A stretch of 64,000 nt of DNA from positions 137,264 through 201,263 of the forward strand of contig JBBRNJ010000005.1 of NCBI GenBank assembly GCA_038230375.1, read 5' to 3'. Numbering within the stretch: the stretch's first letter is position 1; every line of letters begins with the position of its first letter. The translations under genes were made by a program, and so were the position numbers. Shown here piece by piece: positions 7,854 to 17,545 of this stretch. Source of the stretch: Polyangiales bacterium. Lineage in GTDB: Bacteria > Myxococcota_A > Polyangia > Polyangiales > Polyangiaceae. The notes beneath the pieces are model-generated. The model was not told where the DNA came from and searched no databases. It saw only the letters and a program-made list of their open reading frames with translations.

Positions 7854-10800
7854 ATGAAACGCGTCCTTTCTTTCGTGGCCTCTCTCTCCATCGGCGCAGC
7901 CGTGACTGGCGCCGTGCTCTTCAGCAGCACCACCGCGCATGCGCAGGGCGTCTGCATCGACGAGAAAGCCAAGACCGCGCTCAACGCGTGCGCCGCTGGC
8001 GGACCGAAGGAGTTCGACGTCGGCAAGCACGGGAAGTCACCGCAGGTGAACTTCCACTCCGTCGCGCCTCCCGCTGACCTCAAGAAGAAAGAGGACCAGA
8101 AGAAGCCGGGCGCTCCGGTCATGGACATCCCGCGCGACGATCGGACGAGCCGCTTGAAGGCACGTCAGAAGGGCCTCCTCGTCACCGAGATCCAGGGACT
8201 CGAGAACCTGTTCGGTACGACCGGCCGCGGCGCCACCGACCGCCCGACGCTCGCGCGTCGCCTCGCGGAGGACTACGTCGAGCTCGAGAGCGCGGCCTTC
8301 CGCGACAAGACCAACGCCGAGATCGCGCGCGACGGCGCCAAGAAGACGAACCCGTCGCAGGCCGGTCAGTTCCAGACGCAGGCGAACTCCGCCGACAACG
8401 TGCAGAAGGCGGCTCGCGCAAAGGCGATCCAGTACTACTCGCTCGTCAAGAACGACTACCCGAACTACCCGCAGCTCGACGAGGTCCTCTACTTCCTCGC
8501 CTACGAGTACGAGCAGGGGTCCGACTACGCGAACGCGCGCAAGGTCTACTACGAGCTCATCCAGAAGCGCCCCGACTCCAAGTACGTCCCCAACGCGTAC
8601 CTCGCCTTCGGAGAGCTCTTCTTCAACGAGGCGCAGGGCGACCCGTCGAAGTTCGATCTCGCTGCCAAGGCCTACCTCGAGGTCATCAAGTACCCGCCGC
8701 CGAACAACAAGGTGTTCGGGTACGCGCACTACAAGCTTGGCTACGTGTTCTGGAACCAGGGAGATTTCCCGCACGCCATCAGCGAGTTCAAGAAGACGAT
8801 CGACTACGGCGTTGCCTACGCGCAGGTCCCCGGAGCCGCCAAGCTCGCGGACAGCGCGCGCAAGGACATCATCCCGGTGTACGCGCTCTCCGGCGATCCG
8901 GACAAGGCGTACAACTTCTTCAAGGGTCTCTCCGGCGACGTCGGCGGCTCGAACGACAAGACGTTCAAGATGATGGACGACCTGGGTAACAACTACCTGG
9001 ACACCGGCCACTATCCCGAGGCGATCTCGCTCTACAAGGATCTCTTGAACCGCGATCGCGGCGGCCGTGCGTGCGTCTACCAGGCGCACATCACCGAAGC
9101 GACGATGGCCATGAAGTCCAACAACAAGGACGCCATCAAGGCCGAGCTCGACAACCAGGCGAAGATCTACGACGCGTTCAAGGCGTCGGGCCAGTGGGCC
9201 GATCAGCGTCAGGAGTGCGCGAACAAGACCGCATCGCTCATCACCGAAACGGCGATGGCGTGGCACCTCGAGGCCGTCGGCTCACAGGGCCAGCGCGGCA
9301 CGGGCGATCAGAAGACCATGGGTCTCGCCGCGTACCTCTACAAGAAGGCCGGCGACACGTGGAGCGCCGCCGAGTTCCAGACGTTCTCGTTCCCGCGCAT
9401 CGTGAAGGAGGACTGGCCGACGATCTACAAGATCAAGTACGCCATGGCCGACCTTCTGTACTTCCAGGAGCGCTGGGGTGACTGCGGTCCTGCGTTCGAC
9501 GCCGTCGTGGCGGAGAACCCCACCGCCGCCGAGGCGCCCGAGGCCGCGTACGCGAGCGTGCTCTGCTACCAGAAGATCTACGATCAGCAGCACGCGCACG
9601 GCGAGGGCAAGAAGGGCTCCGGCAACCTTCCCGGCCAGGGCAAGGACGACAAGAAGAAGAAGGCAGCGGCCGAGGACGAGGACGCCAAGCTCAAGCCCAA
9701 GGAGTTCTCCGATTCGCAGAAGGGCATGCTGAGCGCCTTCAACCGCTACATCTGCTACATCAAGCCCGCGGACAAGGACACCACGGGCCAGGACCAGCTC
9801 GTCGAGGTGAAGTACGCCCGCGCGCGTACCTACTTCGAGGCGCAGCACTGGGAGGAGTCCGCGATCGCGTTCCGCGAGATCGCGATGGAGAACTCCGACA
9901 AGGACATCGGCATCTATGCCGCGCAGCTCTATCTCGAGAGCATCAACATCGTCGGGTCGCACTCGAACCCGCCGCGCCCCGGCTGCTACGACGACATGGG
10001 ACAGGACGTCCCGAAGTTCGTCGAGCTCTACTGCACGGGCGAGAAGGCCACGAAGAACGTGGAACAGTGCACGACCTTGAACAAGGTCGCCGTCGACCTT
10101 CTCCGCCTCAAGGCGCAGAAGCTCGTCGAGATCGCCGACAAGACGGGCGGCATGGGCGCGCTCACGACCTACGAGCAGGGCGGCAACGCGTACTTCGAGA
10201 TGTTCCGGAAGTACTGCCAGGATCCGGTCGCGAACAACCTGCCCCCGCAGGCAGAGCGGTGCGACGAGATCGCGTACAACGCGGCCAAGTCGTTCCAGGC
10301 GGCGCGTCTCCTCGCGAAGGCGATCGCGGCGCGTCGTGCGCTGCTCGAGTTCGACGCGAAGACCAACGGCAAGTCGCAGCTCGCCAAGAAGGCGACCTAC
10401 GAGATCGGCGGTAACTACCAGGCCATCGCGGTGTACGAGCTCGCGGCCGAGTGGTTCGAGCGCTACCAGAAGGCGGACCCCAGCGCAGAGAAGGCCGACC
10501 AGGCCCTGTCCGACGCCGTGCTCCTCCGTCTTGGTCTCGGCATGGAAGAGCAGGCCATCGACGACGCGCGCGTCTTCACCCGTCAGTACGGCGCGAAGAA
10601 GCCGCAGCAGACGGCGCAGATCGCATTCGCGGTCGGCGCTCACTACGCGGAGAAGGAAGACTGGGCGGCCGCGAAGGGCGCGCTCTCCGGCTCCATGGGC
10701 GTCATCGACAAGGCCGCGCCGGACATCCGTGTCCAGGCGCACGCCACCCTCGCGCGCGTGCTCTCCAAGTTCAAGGATGGCGGCGGTCAGGCGAAGGGCG

Positions 10801-11642
10801 AGTACGCGAAGGTTCGCGCCCTCTGGGCGGATCCCGCGGACGCAGAGGCGAAGATCCGCGGCGGCTACCCGGGCGAGGACGCCGGGCAGCAGGACAAGCG
10901 TCTCGCGAAGGCGCTCATCGCCGTGGGCGAGGCGTTCTTCTACTCGGCCGAGGAGGCCCGTCGTGCGACGGTCGACCCGATCAAATTCCCCGAATACAAG
11001 GGCGCCGGAACCAAGGATGAAGTGCTGAAGCACATCAATACCAAGGTGAAGGACTGGTACATCAAGAAGACGGACGCCATCAAGAAGGTGGAGCCGGAGT
11101 ACGTCAAGATCCTCGAGCTCAAGCCGGTGCCTCCGCCGCGCTGGGTCATCGCGGCTGGCTCTCGCGCCGGTCTCATGTGGGGTGACTTCGTGGACGACTT
11201 CCGCAAGGCGCCGATCCCCGAAGCCTGGAAGAAGGACCCCGAGATCCGCGGCACGTACTACGACGCGCTCGACGGCGCGAGCGAGCCCTTCAAGAGCGGC
11301 AACGCAAAGCCTGCGCTCAAGAAGTGCCTCGATCTGTCGGTGAAGTACCAGTACTTCGACGAGTTCTCGCGTAACTGCGAGGTCTGGCTGGCGAAGAACT
11401 ACAAGGCCGAATACCACGTCGTCGACGAGCTGCGCGGAGCGCCCACGCTCTCCAACAGCGGTCTCGACGAACGTTCTCCGCCCGTCCTCGTTGGCGGTGC
11501 CTTCTGGCACCCCGTCGTCGCGGCACCGGAGAAGAACGCAGGCGGCACCGCGAGCGGTGGCGGCGACGACAACAAGGGTGGCGATGCGAAGGGCGGCGAT
11601 GCCCCGCCGCCGAAGAAGCCCAAGGGCGGCGGGAAGAAGTGA
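7854..11642 (+). CDS. gltD: Large periplasmic TPR gliding protein GltD (AgmU-like)
   Basis: GGAGG SD then MKRVLS signal peptide; many TPRs (YPQLDEVLYFLAY, SKYVPNAYLAFGELFF); position between gltC and gltE. Confidence 0.75.
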   Translation: MKRVLSFVASLSIGAAVTGAVLFSSTTAHAQGVCIDEKAKTALNACAAGGPKEFDVGKHGKSPQVNFHSVAPPADLKKKEDQKKPGAPVMDIPRDDRTSRLKARQKGLLVTEIQGLENLFGTTGRGATDRPTLARRLAEDYVELESAAFRDKTNAEIARDGAKKTNPSQAGQFQTQANSADNVQKAARAKAIQYYSLVKNDYPNYPQLDEVLYFLAYEYEQGSDYANARKVYYELIQKRPDSKYVPNAYLAFGELFFNEAQGDPSKFDLAAKAYLEVIKYPPPNNKVFGYAHYKLGYVFWNQGDFPHAISEFKKTIDYGVAYAQVPGAAKLADSARKDIIPVYALSGDPDKAYNFFKGLSGDVGGSNDKTFKMMDDLGNNYLDTGHYPEAISLYKDLLNRDRGGRACVYQAHITEATMAMKSNNKDAIKAELDNQAKIYDAFKASGQWADQRQECANKTASLITETAMAWHLEAVGSQGQRGTGDQKTMGLAAYLYKKAGDTWSAAEFQTFSFPRIVKEDWPTIYKIKYAMADLLYFQERWGDCGPAFDAVVAENPTAAEAPEAAYASVLCYQKIYDQQHAHGEGKKGSGNLPGQGKDDKKKKAAAEDEDAKLKPKEFSDSQKGMLSAFNRYICYIKPADKDTTGQDQLVEVKYARARTYFEAQHWEESAIAFREIAMENSDKDIGIYAAQLYLESINIVGSHSNPPRPGCYDDMGQDVPKFVELYCTGEKATKNVEQCTTLNKVAVDLLRLKAQKLVEIADKTGGMGALTTYEQGGNAYFEMFRKYCQDPVANNLPPQAERCDEIAYNAAKSFQAARLLAKAIAARRALLEFDAKTNGKSQLAKKATYEIGGNYQAIAVYELAAEWFERYQKADPSAEKADQALSDAVLLRLGLGMEEQAIDDARVFTRQYGAKKPQQTAQIAFAVGAHYAEKEDWAAAKGALSGSMGVIDKAAPDIRVQAHATLARVLSKFKDGGGQAKGEYAKVRALWADPADAEAKIRGGYPGEDAGQQDKRLAKALIAVGEAFFYSAEEARRATVDPIKFPEYKGAGTKDEVLKHINTKVKDWYIKKTDAIKKVEPEYVKILELKPVPPPRWVIAAGSRAGLMWGDFVDDFRKAPIPEAWKKDPEIRGTYYDALDGASEPFKSGNAKPALKKCLDLSVKYQYFDEFSRNCEVWLAKNYKAEYHVVDELRGAPTLSNSGLDERSPPVLVGGAFWHPVVAAPEKNAGGTASGGGDDNKGGDAKGGDAPPPKKPKGGGKK

Positions 11643-11653
11643 AGGAGCTAGTC

Positions 11654-13195
11654 ATGAAACGTGTACACTACATTCTTTCTGGCGCACTCATCACCCTGGC
11701 GCTCGCTGCATGCGGCGGCAACAAGCCCGAGGCCGACACCGGCGGCACGAAGAAGCCGCCGCCCGGTGGCGGCACGCCGACCGAGTCGGTCTCCAAGAAC
11801 GCGGAGGAGAAGTTCAACGCGGCGATGGAGGTCTTCGTTGGTCACGACAAGACCAACGACTGGACGGACGAGACGTGCGCTTCGGTCGCGAAGGCATTCC
11901 AGGATGCCGCGGCGGAGATGAAGTCTGGGAAGTTCCCGGAGGCCACCTTCAACGCGGGTCTCGCGTACCAGCGCTGCGGCAACGACAAGGAAGCGCGCGC
12001 GCGCTTCGAGAAGACGCTTGCGGACGACCCAAACTTCTCGTCGGCTCGTGCGCAGATCGCGCTCTACAAGTACAAGGCCGACTCGAACGAGGACGGCGTC
12101 ATCGCGGAGCTCCAGCAGGCCGTTCTGGACGCCAAGTTCCAGAACGTCCCGGCGCTCGTGAACCTCGCGATGTTCCAGATGCAGCGCGACGGCTCCACCG
12201 GGGTCCAGGGCTGCAAGGACGACTTCGAGTGCGCGAAGCAGAACCTGCAGCGCGCGCTCGCGATCGACGACGCGTTCATGCCCGCCTTCAACCAGCTCGC
12301 GCTCTACTACTTCTCGCAGGCGAAGAAGCGCGCGGGTGCGATCAAGTCGTCACAGAAGGGCGGCCGCGGTCGACAGATCGCCACGAACGCCGCGATGGGT
12401 AAGCGCGCGGACGTGCAGCAGCTCGAGCTCGCGGCGCTCGTGTGCTCGCAGGCCATTCGCAAGAACCCGAACTACGCTCCGATCCACAACACCGCCGGTC
12501 TCATCCAGAACGAGCTCGGGCAAGTGAACAGCGCCGTCGGTGAGTTCGCGCAAGCCGCCAAGCTCGATGCGAAGTTCTTCGAAGCACAGATGAACTACGC
12601 GGCCGTCAACCTGTCGTTCCGCGGGTTCGATCAGGCAGCAGGCGCCTACAAGAAGGCGCTCGAGATGCGCCCGAACGACTACGACGCGCACCTCGGAAAC
12701 GCGCTCGCGCTCCGCGGCCTCATCAACGACTCGAACTACGACGCGCAGGTCCTCGCCGTTCAGGCGGAGCTCGACACGTGCAAGAAGCTCGATGCGAACC
12801 GTCCCGACGCCTACTACAACGAGGGCATCCTCACGCAGGAGTACAAGGCGAAGGCTGGCGGCGGCAAAGAGAAGACGATCGCGGCGCTCAAGCAGGCGAC
12901 CACGATCTACCAGACGTTCCTCGACAAGGCCGAGGGCAAGGCCGAGTACGACGGCGCCGTGAAGCGGACGCGTGGCAACGGCGACAAGAAGGATCTCGGT
13001 CGCATGGGGGACATCGACGACACCATCAAGTTCCTCGAGCTCCCTGGTCCCGAGCAGACTGCACCCCCGGCTGGCCCCGCGGCTCCTCCTGCAGGTGGCG
13101 CCAGTGCAGCCCCCGCGGCCGACTCTCCGGCCCCGGCAGGCGGTGCGGGCGCAGCGCCTGCTCCCGCAGCTCCGGCTCCGGCTCCGGCCAAGTAG
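11654..13195 (+). CDS. gltE: Gliding motility TPR lipoprotein GltE (AglT-like)
   Basis: AAGGAG SD; lipobox LALAAC-GG; TPR repeats; Pro/Ala tail; synteny gltD-gltE-gltF-gltG. Confidence 0.75.
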   Translation: MKRVHYILSGALITLALAACGGNKPEADTGGTKKPPPGGGTPTESVSKNAEEKFNAAMEVFVGHDKTNDWTDETCASVAKAFQDAAAEMKSGKFPEATFNAGLAYQRCGNDKEARARFEKTLADDPNFSSARAQIALYKYKADSNEDGVIAELQQAVLDAKFQNVPALVNLAMFQMQRDGSTGVQGCKDDFECAKQNLQRALAIDDAFMPAFNQLALYYFSQAKKRAGAIKSSQKGGRGRQIATNAAMGKRADVQQLELAALVCSQAIRKNPNYAPIHNTAGLIQNELGQVNSAVGEFAQAAKLDAKFFEAQMNYAAVNLSFRGFDQAAGAYKKALEMRPNDYDAHLGNALALRGLINDSNYDAQVLAVQAELDTCKKLDANRPDAYYNEGILTQEYKAKAGGGKEKTIAALKQATTIYQTFLDKAEGKAEYDGAVKRTRGNGDKKDLGRMGDIDDTIKFLELPGPEQTAPPAGPAAPPAGGASAAPAADSPAPAGGAGAAPAPAAPAPAPAK

Positions 13196-13377
13196 TCCGA
13201 CCCGAAAAGTAGCGGAAAGCTCGAGAAATCGAGCGTTTCGCTGCGGGTTTGGGGCTCTCCCGATCCAGCCCCAGCCAACTTTTCGTCTGCCTTTTTTGTC
13301 GCTGTGGGAACCTTTCCCGGGCCCCCGTGTCGAACTCTGCGAGCACCAAGACCCGTTCTGCATGCGAAGGCAGCAGA

Positions 13378-13417
13378 CCGGATCAATGGCCGGATCAAAG
13401 GTCGGATCAAAGGCCGG
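13378..13417. repeat. 12-bp tandem repeat YCGGATCAAWGG x3
   Basis: ccggatcaatgg ccggatcaaagg tcggatcaaagg ccgg upstream of gltF. Confidence 0.85.
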
Positions 13418-13579
13418 CCAGAGTTGGGCATCTAAAGGGATGGCACCCGGGCAGGACGGATGTACACTGACACTGGAATTGTACCCCGCTTTTCTCGCGT
13501 GATTTTAACGACTAAGGTTCAGATCGGAAACTCCGACGTGGACCAAACGCACGGACCATCTGCCCAAAGGATCTCCATC

Positions 13580-13882
13580 ATGACCTTCAATGCAAAGCGA
13601 CTCGTTCTCGGAATCGTGATCGGTGCAGCGATGCTCGCGCTCGCGCCCACCAGCGCGTTCGCTCAGGCTGCCACCGCAGGCGCGCCCGCAGCGAAGGACT
13701 CTGGCGGCAAGAAAGACGGCGATGGATACGGCTACGAGTTCTCGGACGACCCGCTGAGCGGCGGTGGTTTCGGTCCGAACGACGCGACGATTCGCGTTCG
13801 TCCTGGTCCCGTGCGCACGACCCTCATCCGCCCCCGCACGTCCTTCGTGCCGGAGATGCTGAAGTCGGTCGAAAACTTGTAA
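13580..13882 (+). CDS. gltF: Small exported gliding protein GltF/CglF family
   Basis: Signal peptide; YEFSDDPLSG...TLIRPRTSFVPEMLKSVENL C-terminus typical of CglF/GltF; upstream of gltG. Confidence 0.75.
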   Translation: MTFNAKRLVLGIVIGAAMLALAPTSAFAQAATAGAPAAKDSGGKKDGDGYGYEFSDDPLSGGGFGPNDATIRVRPGPVRTTLIRPRTSFVPEMLKSVENL

Positions 13883-13967
13883 TCTACATGTGATTCCGCG
13901 CACATTTACCGCGCGAAATCAGACTGAGTGATGGCTGTGGCTGCTTGGCAGCGGAAGGTGTTTCACG

Positions 13968-16157
13968 ATGGAAGGCAAAGCGAAAACAGCGCTGACGTTC
14001 GGGCTCTACCAGGGCGGTGAGCTCGTGCGCCGCGAGGTCGTGGCTCAGGACATCGTCAAGGTCGGCAAGGACCCTCGCAGTCACCTGCGCGTCGACGACG
14101 AGCTCGCATCGCGTATGCATGCCGTCATCGAGGTCGCTTCTCCGGAAGACATCACGCTGATCGATCTCGGCAACGAGCCGGGCACGCTGGTCAACGGACA
14201 GCGCGTGAACAAGTGCAAGATCCGCCCGGGCGACCAGGTGCAGATCGGCTCCACCACGATTCACCTCGAGGCAGCCGAGTCCGCATCCATCGCGCCGCCG
14301 CCGGTCGTGCAGCAGGCTGCACCGCCGCCGCAAGAGGCGTTCGTGGCGCCCGCGGCCGCGACCACGCAGGTCGGTGCGCCCGCGTTCGCTCCGCCCCCGG
14401 CGTTCGTTCCCCCGGCGGCGTTTGTTCCCCCGGCCCCCCCCATCGACAACCCGTTCGCCGGTGCCCAGGCAGGGATGGGCGCAGCGCCCGCGGCCAATCC
14501 GTTCGCAGCGTCGGCGGCAGGCGCGCCCGCAGCGAACCCGTTTGCCAACGCAAACCCGTTCGCGGCCGCAGCGAATCCCTTCGTCGCATCGGCGACCGAC
14601 CAGTTCGGCGTCAACGCGCCGGGCGGCTCCGATTCGTTCGACCCGAGCCAACCCTTCACCTACTCGATGGTGAAGTCCGGTCCGGACGTCAGCCCCGACG
14701 AGGTCGAGGTCCCGCACCTTGCCGCTGTCGAGGTCATGGTGATGTGGGATCAGAACGTCCTTCACTGCGACGTGCTCACGCCCGTGCGTTCGTACTTCGT
14801 TGGTGAGGAAGCCGGCCCCAACCTCGGCTGCGACTACGTCGTCCCGAGCGAGACGCTAGGCACCACGCGCGCTCCCATCGTCGTGTCTCGCGGCGGTAGC
14901 GGCGCGGCGCTCGTCATTCTTCCGCGCACCACGGGCAATGTCGAGATCCCCGGTCAGGGCAAGATCACCCTCGCCGAGCTCGTGCAGTCCGGTCGCGCGC
15001 GTCCCTCTTCGGAGATGGGCGGCGCCTACGAGTTCGATCTCCCGCCGGGCGCAAAGGCCCGCATGGAGCTCGAGGGCTCGGGGCTCGGCTTCCAGATCAC
15101 TGCAGGCAACGCAGGCAAGGCGCCCCCCGCGGGCGTGCTCGCAAGCCTCGAGCCCGCGTCGTTCCTCTTCGTGGGTCTCTCCGCGCTCCTTCACCTTGGC
15201 GCGATCAGCGTGTTCGCGTTCTTCATGCCGAAGATGAACGGCGACGACGCGGAAGCGATCGACCGCGACCAGATCCTCTTCATGCAGAAGATGCTCAACG
15301 CCGCTGCAGAGCGTGAGCAGGAAGAGAAGGAGACCGAGGTCACCGCCGACAACTCCGACAACAAGGAGGGCGGCACCGGTACGCGAGCCAAGGGCGAAGA
15401 AGGCTCGATGGGTAACCCGAACACGCAGGCCACTGGCCACAAGTTCGGCGTCCAGGGTCCGAAGGACAATCCCGATCCGCACATCGCTCGTCAGGCTGCG
15501 CTGAAGGAAGCGGCGGAGTTCGGCATGATCGGCCTCCTGAACGTGGGCGCCGGCGGCGACCCGAACGCTCCGACGGCCCCGTGGGGTCGTGAAGAGTCGC
15601 TCGGTAGCGATCCGATGAGCGCGCGCGGCAACATGTGGGGCGACGCCATCGGCGACTCGTTCGGCGCAGGCGGCCTCGGCCTCTCCGGCGTCGGCGAAGG
15701 CGGCGGCGGTCGCGGCGAAGGCATCGGCCTTGGCAACGTCGGCACCATCGGTCACGGCGCCGGCACCGGCACCGGTCAGGGCTTCGGCAACGGCCACGGT
15801 CGTCTCGGTGGAGCGCACGCGACCAAGTCGCCCACGCTTCGTCAAGGCGCCACGCAGGTCAACGGCCGCCTCCCGCCGGAGGTCATCCAGCGTATCGTTC
15901 GGCAGAACTTCGGTCGCTTCCGTCTCTGCTACGAGAACGGTCTGCGCACCAACCCGAACCTCGCCGGCCGCGTGCAGGTGAAGTTCGTCATCGACCGCTC
16001 GGGTTCGGTCTCCACGTCGCAAGACGGCGGCTCGGACCTCCCGGACAACAGCGTCGTGTCGTGCGTCGTTCGCGGCTTCGGAAACCTCTCGTTCCCGCAG
16101 CCCGAAGGCGGCATCGTCACCGTCGTATACCCCATCATCTTCAACCCCGGCGATTGA
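13968..16157 (+). CDS. gltG: GltG (PglI-like): FHA domain, TM helix, Gly-rich linker, TonB-C-like AgmX/PglI C-terminal domain
   Basis: FHA (VKVGKDPRSHLRVDDELASRMHAVIE..LIDLGNEPGTLVNG); TM SALLHLGAISVFAFFMP; C-terminal IQRIVRQNFGRFRLCYENGL..LAGRVQVKFVID...FPQPEGGIVTVVYPIIF. Confidence 0.85.
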   Translation: MEGKAKTALTFGLYQGGELVRREVVAQDIVKVGKDPRSHLRVDDELASRMHAVIEVASPEDITLIDLGNEPGTLVNGQRVNKCKIRPGDQVQIGSTTIHLEAAESASIAPPPVVQQAAPPPQEAFVAPAAATTQVGAPAFAPPPAFVPPAAFVPPAPPIDNPFAGAQAGMGAAPAANPFAASAAGAPAANPFANANPFAAAANPFVASATDQFGVNAPGGSDSFDPSQPFTYSMVKSGPDVSPDEVEVPHLAAVEVMVMWDQNVLHCDVLTPVRSYFVGEEAGPNLGCDYVVPSETLGTTRAPIVVSRGGSGAALVILPRTTGNVEIPGQGKITLAELVQSGRARPSSEMGGAYEFDLPPGAKARMELEGSGLGFQITAGNAGKAPPAGVLASLEPASFLFVGLSALLHLGAISVFAFFMPKMNGDDAEAIDRDQILFMQKMLNAAAEREQEEKETEVTADNSDNKEGGTGTRAKGEEGSMGNPNTQATGHKFGVQGPKDNPDPHIARQAALKEAAEFGMIGLLNVGAGGDPNAPTAPWGREESLGSDPMSARGNMWGDAIGDSFGAGGLGLSGVGEGGGGRGEGIGLGNVGTIGHGAGTGTGQGFGNGHGRLGGAHATKSPTLRQGATQVNGRLPPEVIQRIVRQNFGRFRLCYENGLRTNPNLAGRVQVKFVIDRSGSVSTSQDGGSDLPDNSVVSCVVRGFGNLSFPQPEGGIVTVVYPIIFNPGD

Positions 16158-16355
16158 TTGACGGGCGCATCTTGGCGGGCCTCGACACGTGAGGCTTCGT
16201 TTTGGGCTCCGGGGCGTGCTCACGTACCAGAGTACGTTCCGCGCGCTCCTCGCCCAAAGCCTCGCCTGACGTGCCGATTCCCGCCAAGCTGCACCCGTCA
16301 ATGCTGAATTGATGGGTGTGGGGGATGTGGACTGCACGGGTCGGGGGCATGTGTA

Positions 16356-16434
16356 GACTGCACGCGTGTGTGGACTGCACGCGTGTGTGGACTGCACGCG
16401 TGTGTGGACTGCACGCGTGTGTGGACTGCACGCG
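16356..16434. repeat. 17-bp tandem repeat GACTGCACGCGTGTGTG, 4 full copies plus 1 partial
   Basis: Copies start at 16356, 16373, 16390, 16407 and 16424; a degenerate copy lies at about 16326-16338. Confidence 0.95.
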
Positions 16435-16535
16435 CCGTCGTCACCGACGTCGCGGTCAGGGCTCTCGTCGTGGTTGTGAATGCGGTGGTTTTCCTTCGGG
16501 GGGCCGCCGCTTTCGTTTTGTGCGATGATTGTGGG

Positions 16536-17459
16536 ATGCGTTTCCCGCTCGTCTTTGCGGTTGGGCTCGTTGCTGTTGGTGCTTTGGTCGCCTGTGAAGG
16601 GGACTCTCCCGGTGGCGGGGGTTCTCAGTCCGATGGTGGCGGCGGTGGCGGTGGCGGTGGTGGCGGTGGTGGTGGCGGCGGTGGTGGGGGCGGGAATGGG
16701 GAGGGTGGTGGTGGTGGGGGCGGCGATGGTGGGGGTGGGGGCAGCATGCTGCACCATCCTCCCAGCGTGGCTCCGACCAAGACGTGTAGCTACACACCCG
16801 ATGGTGGCGGGTTCTTCTCTCTGACGTCTCCCATGGGCGCGTACTTCGTTCGGCTGCCGAAGGGGTACGACAAGACCAAGCCAACGCCCGTGGTTGTCTC
16901 GGAGCATGGGTGCGGGGACAACGCTGGCAACTTCGTCACGTGGGCGTCGGCGCCCTACAACGACGTGATGAACATGCGCCAGAACGACTTCCAGTCGTAC
17001 ATCGGCATTGCGGTCGAGGACAGCGCCGGTGGCTGCTGGGACATCGGGCACGGCGACAAGGTGCTCGCGGCGCTTGATGACGCCGCGAGCTGCTTCTACG
17101 TCGATCAGGCGCACGTCACGATCGCGGGGTATTCGTCAGGCGCGGGCGTGGCATACCAGGTGGGGCTTGCGCACGCGGAGCGCTTCTCCGGCATCCTGAT
17201 CCTGAACGGCGCCCTCTACGACACGGGCTCCATGGAGAGCTCGCTCCTCGCGAACGCGGCATGGAAGATCAACATCGCCCACCTGGCCCACGACAGCGAC
17301 GGCGACTACCCGCTCGCCATGGTCCAGGCCGACTGGTCGAAGATCACCGCTGCAGGCTTCCCCCTCCAGACCTCCCACGCCCCAGGCACGCACGATGGAG
17401 CAAGCAAGGACTGGTACTCGTACCTGCTACCCAAGATGACCGCGTGGACCGCGCCGTGA
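16536..17459 (+). CDS. Lipoprotein alpha/beta-hydrolase (esterase, PHB-depolymerase/LpqC-like) with poly-Gly linker
   Basis: Lipobox ALVAC-E; long Gly tract; YFVRLPKGYDKTKPTPVVVSEHGCG; nucleophile GYSSG; candidate catalytic Asp (DGD) and His (GTHD). Confidence 0.8.
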   Translation: MRFPLVFAVGLVAVGALVACEGDSPGGGGSQSDGGGGGGGGGGGGGGGGGGGGNGEGGGGGGGDGGGGGSMLHHPPSVAPTKTCSYTPDGGGFFSLTSPMGAYFVRLPKGYDKTKPTPVVVSEHGCGDNAGNFVTWASAPYNDVMNMRQNDFQSYIGIAVEDSAGGCWDIGHGDKVLAALDDAASCFYVDQAHVTIAGYSSGAGVAYQVGLAHAERFSGILILNGALYDTGSMESSLLANAAWKINIAHLAHDSDGDYPLAMVQADWSKITAAGFPLQTSHAPGTHDGASKDWYSYLLPKMTAWTAP

Positions 17460-17545
17460 CCCCCAAATCCGCAGCTCTTGCTGTGAAAATCCTCTCGCTC
17501 TTTTTCGTCGAGTTTCGAGGCAATCCTGGGTAACGTGCGCCGTAC

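Noticed and set aside
13441..13456. Sigma54 promoter upstream of gltF (TGGCAC...)
   Set aside because: The -12 position reads GG rather than GC at the required spacing
16326..16434. Possible CRISPR array
   Set aside because: 17-bp units are contiguous with no unique spacers, and no cas genes are present
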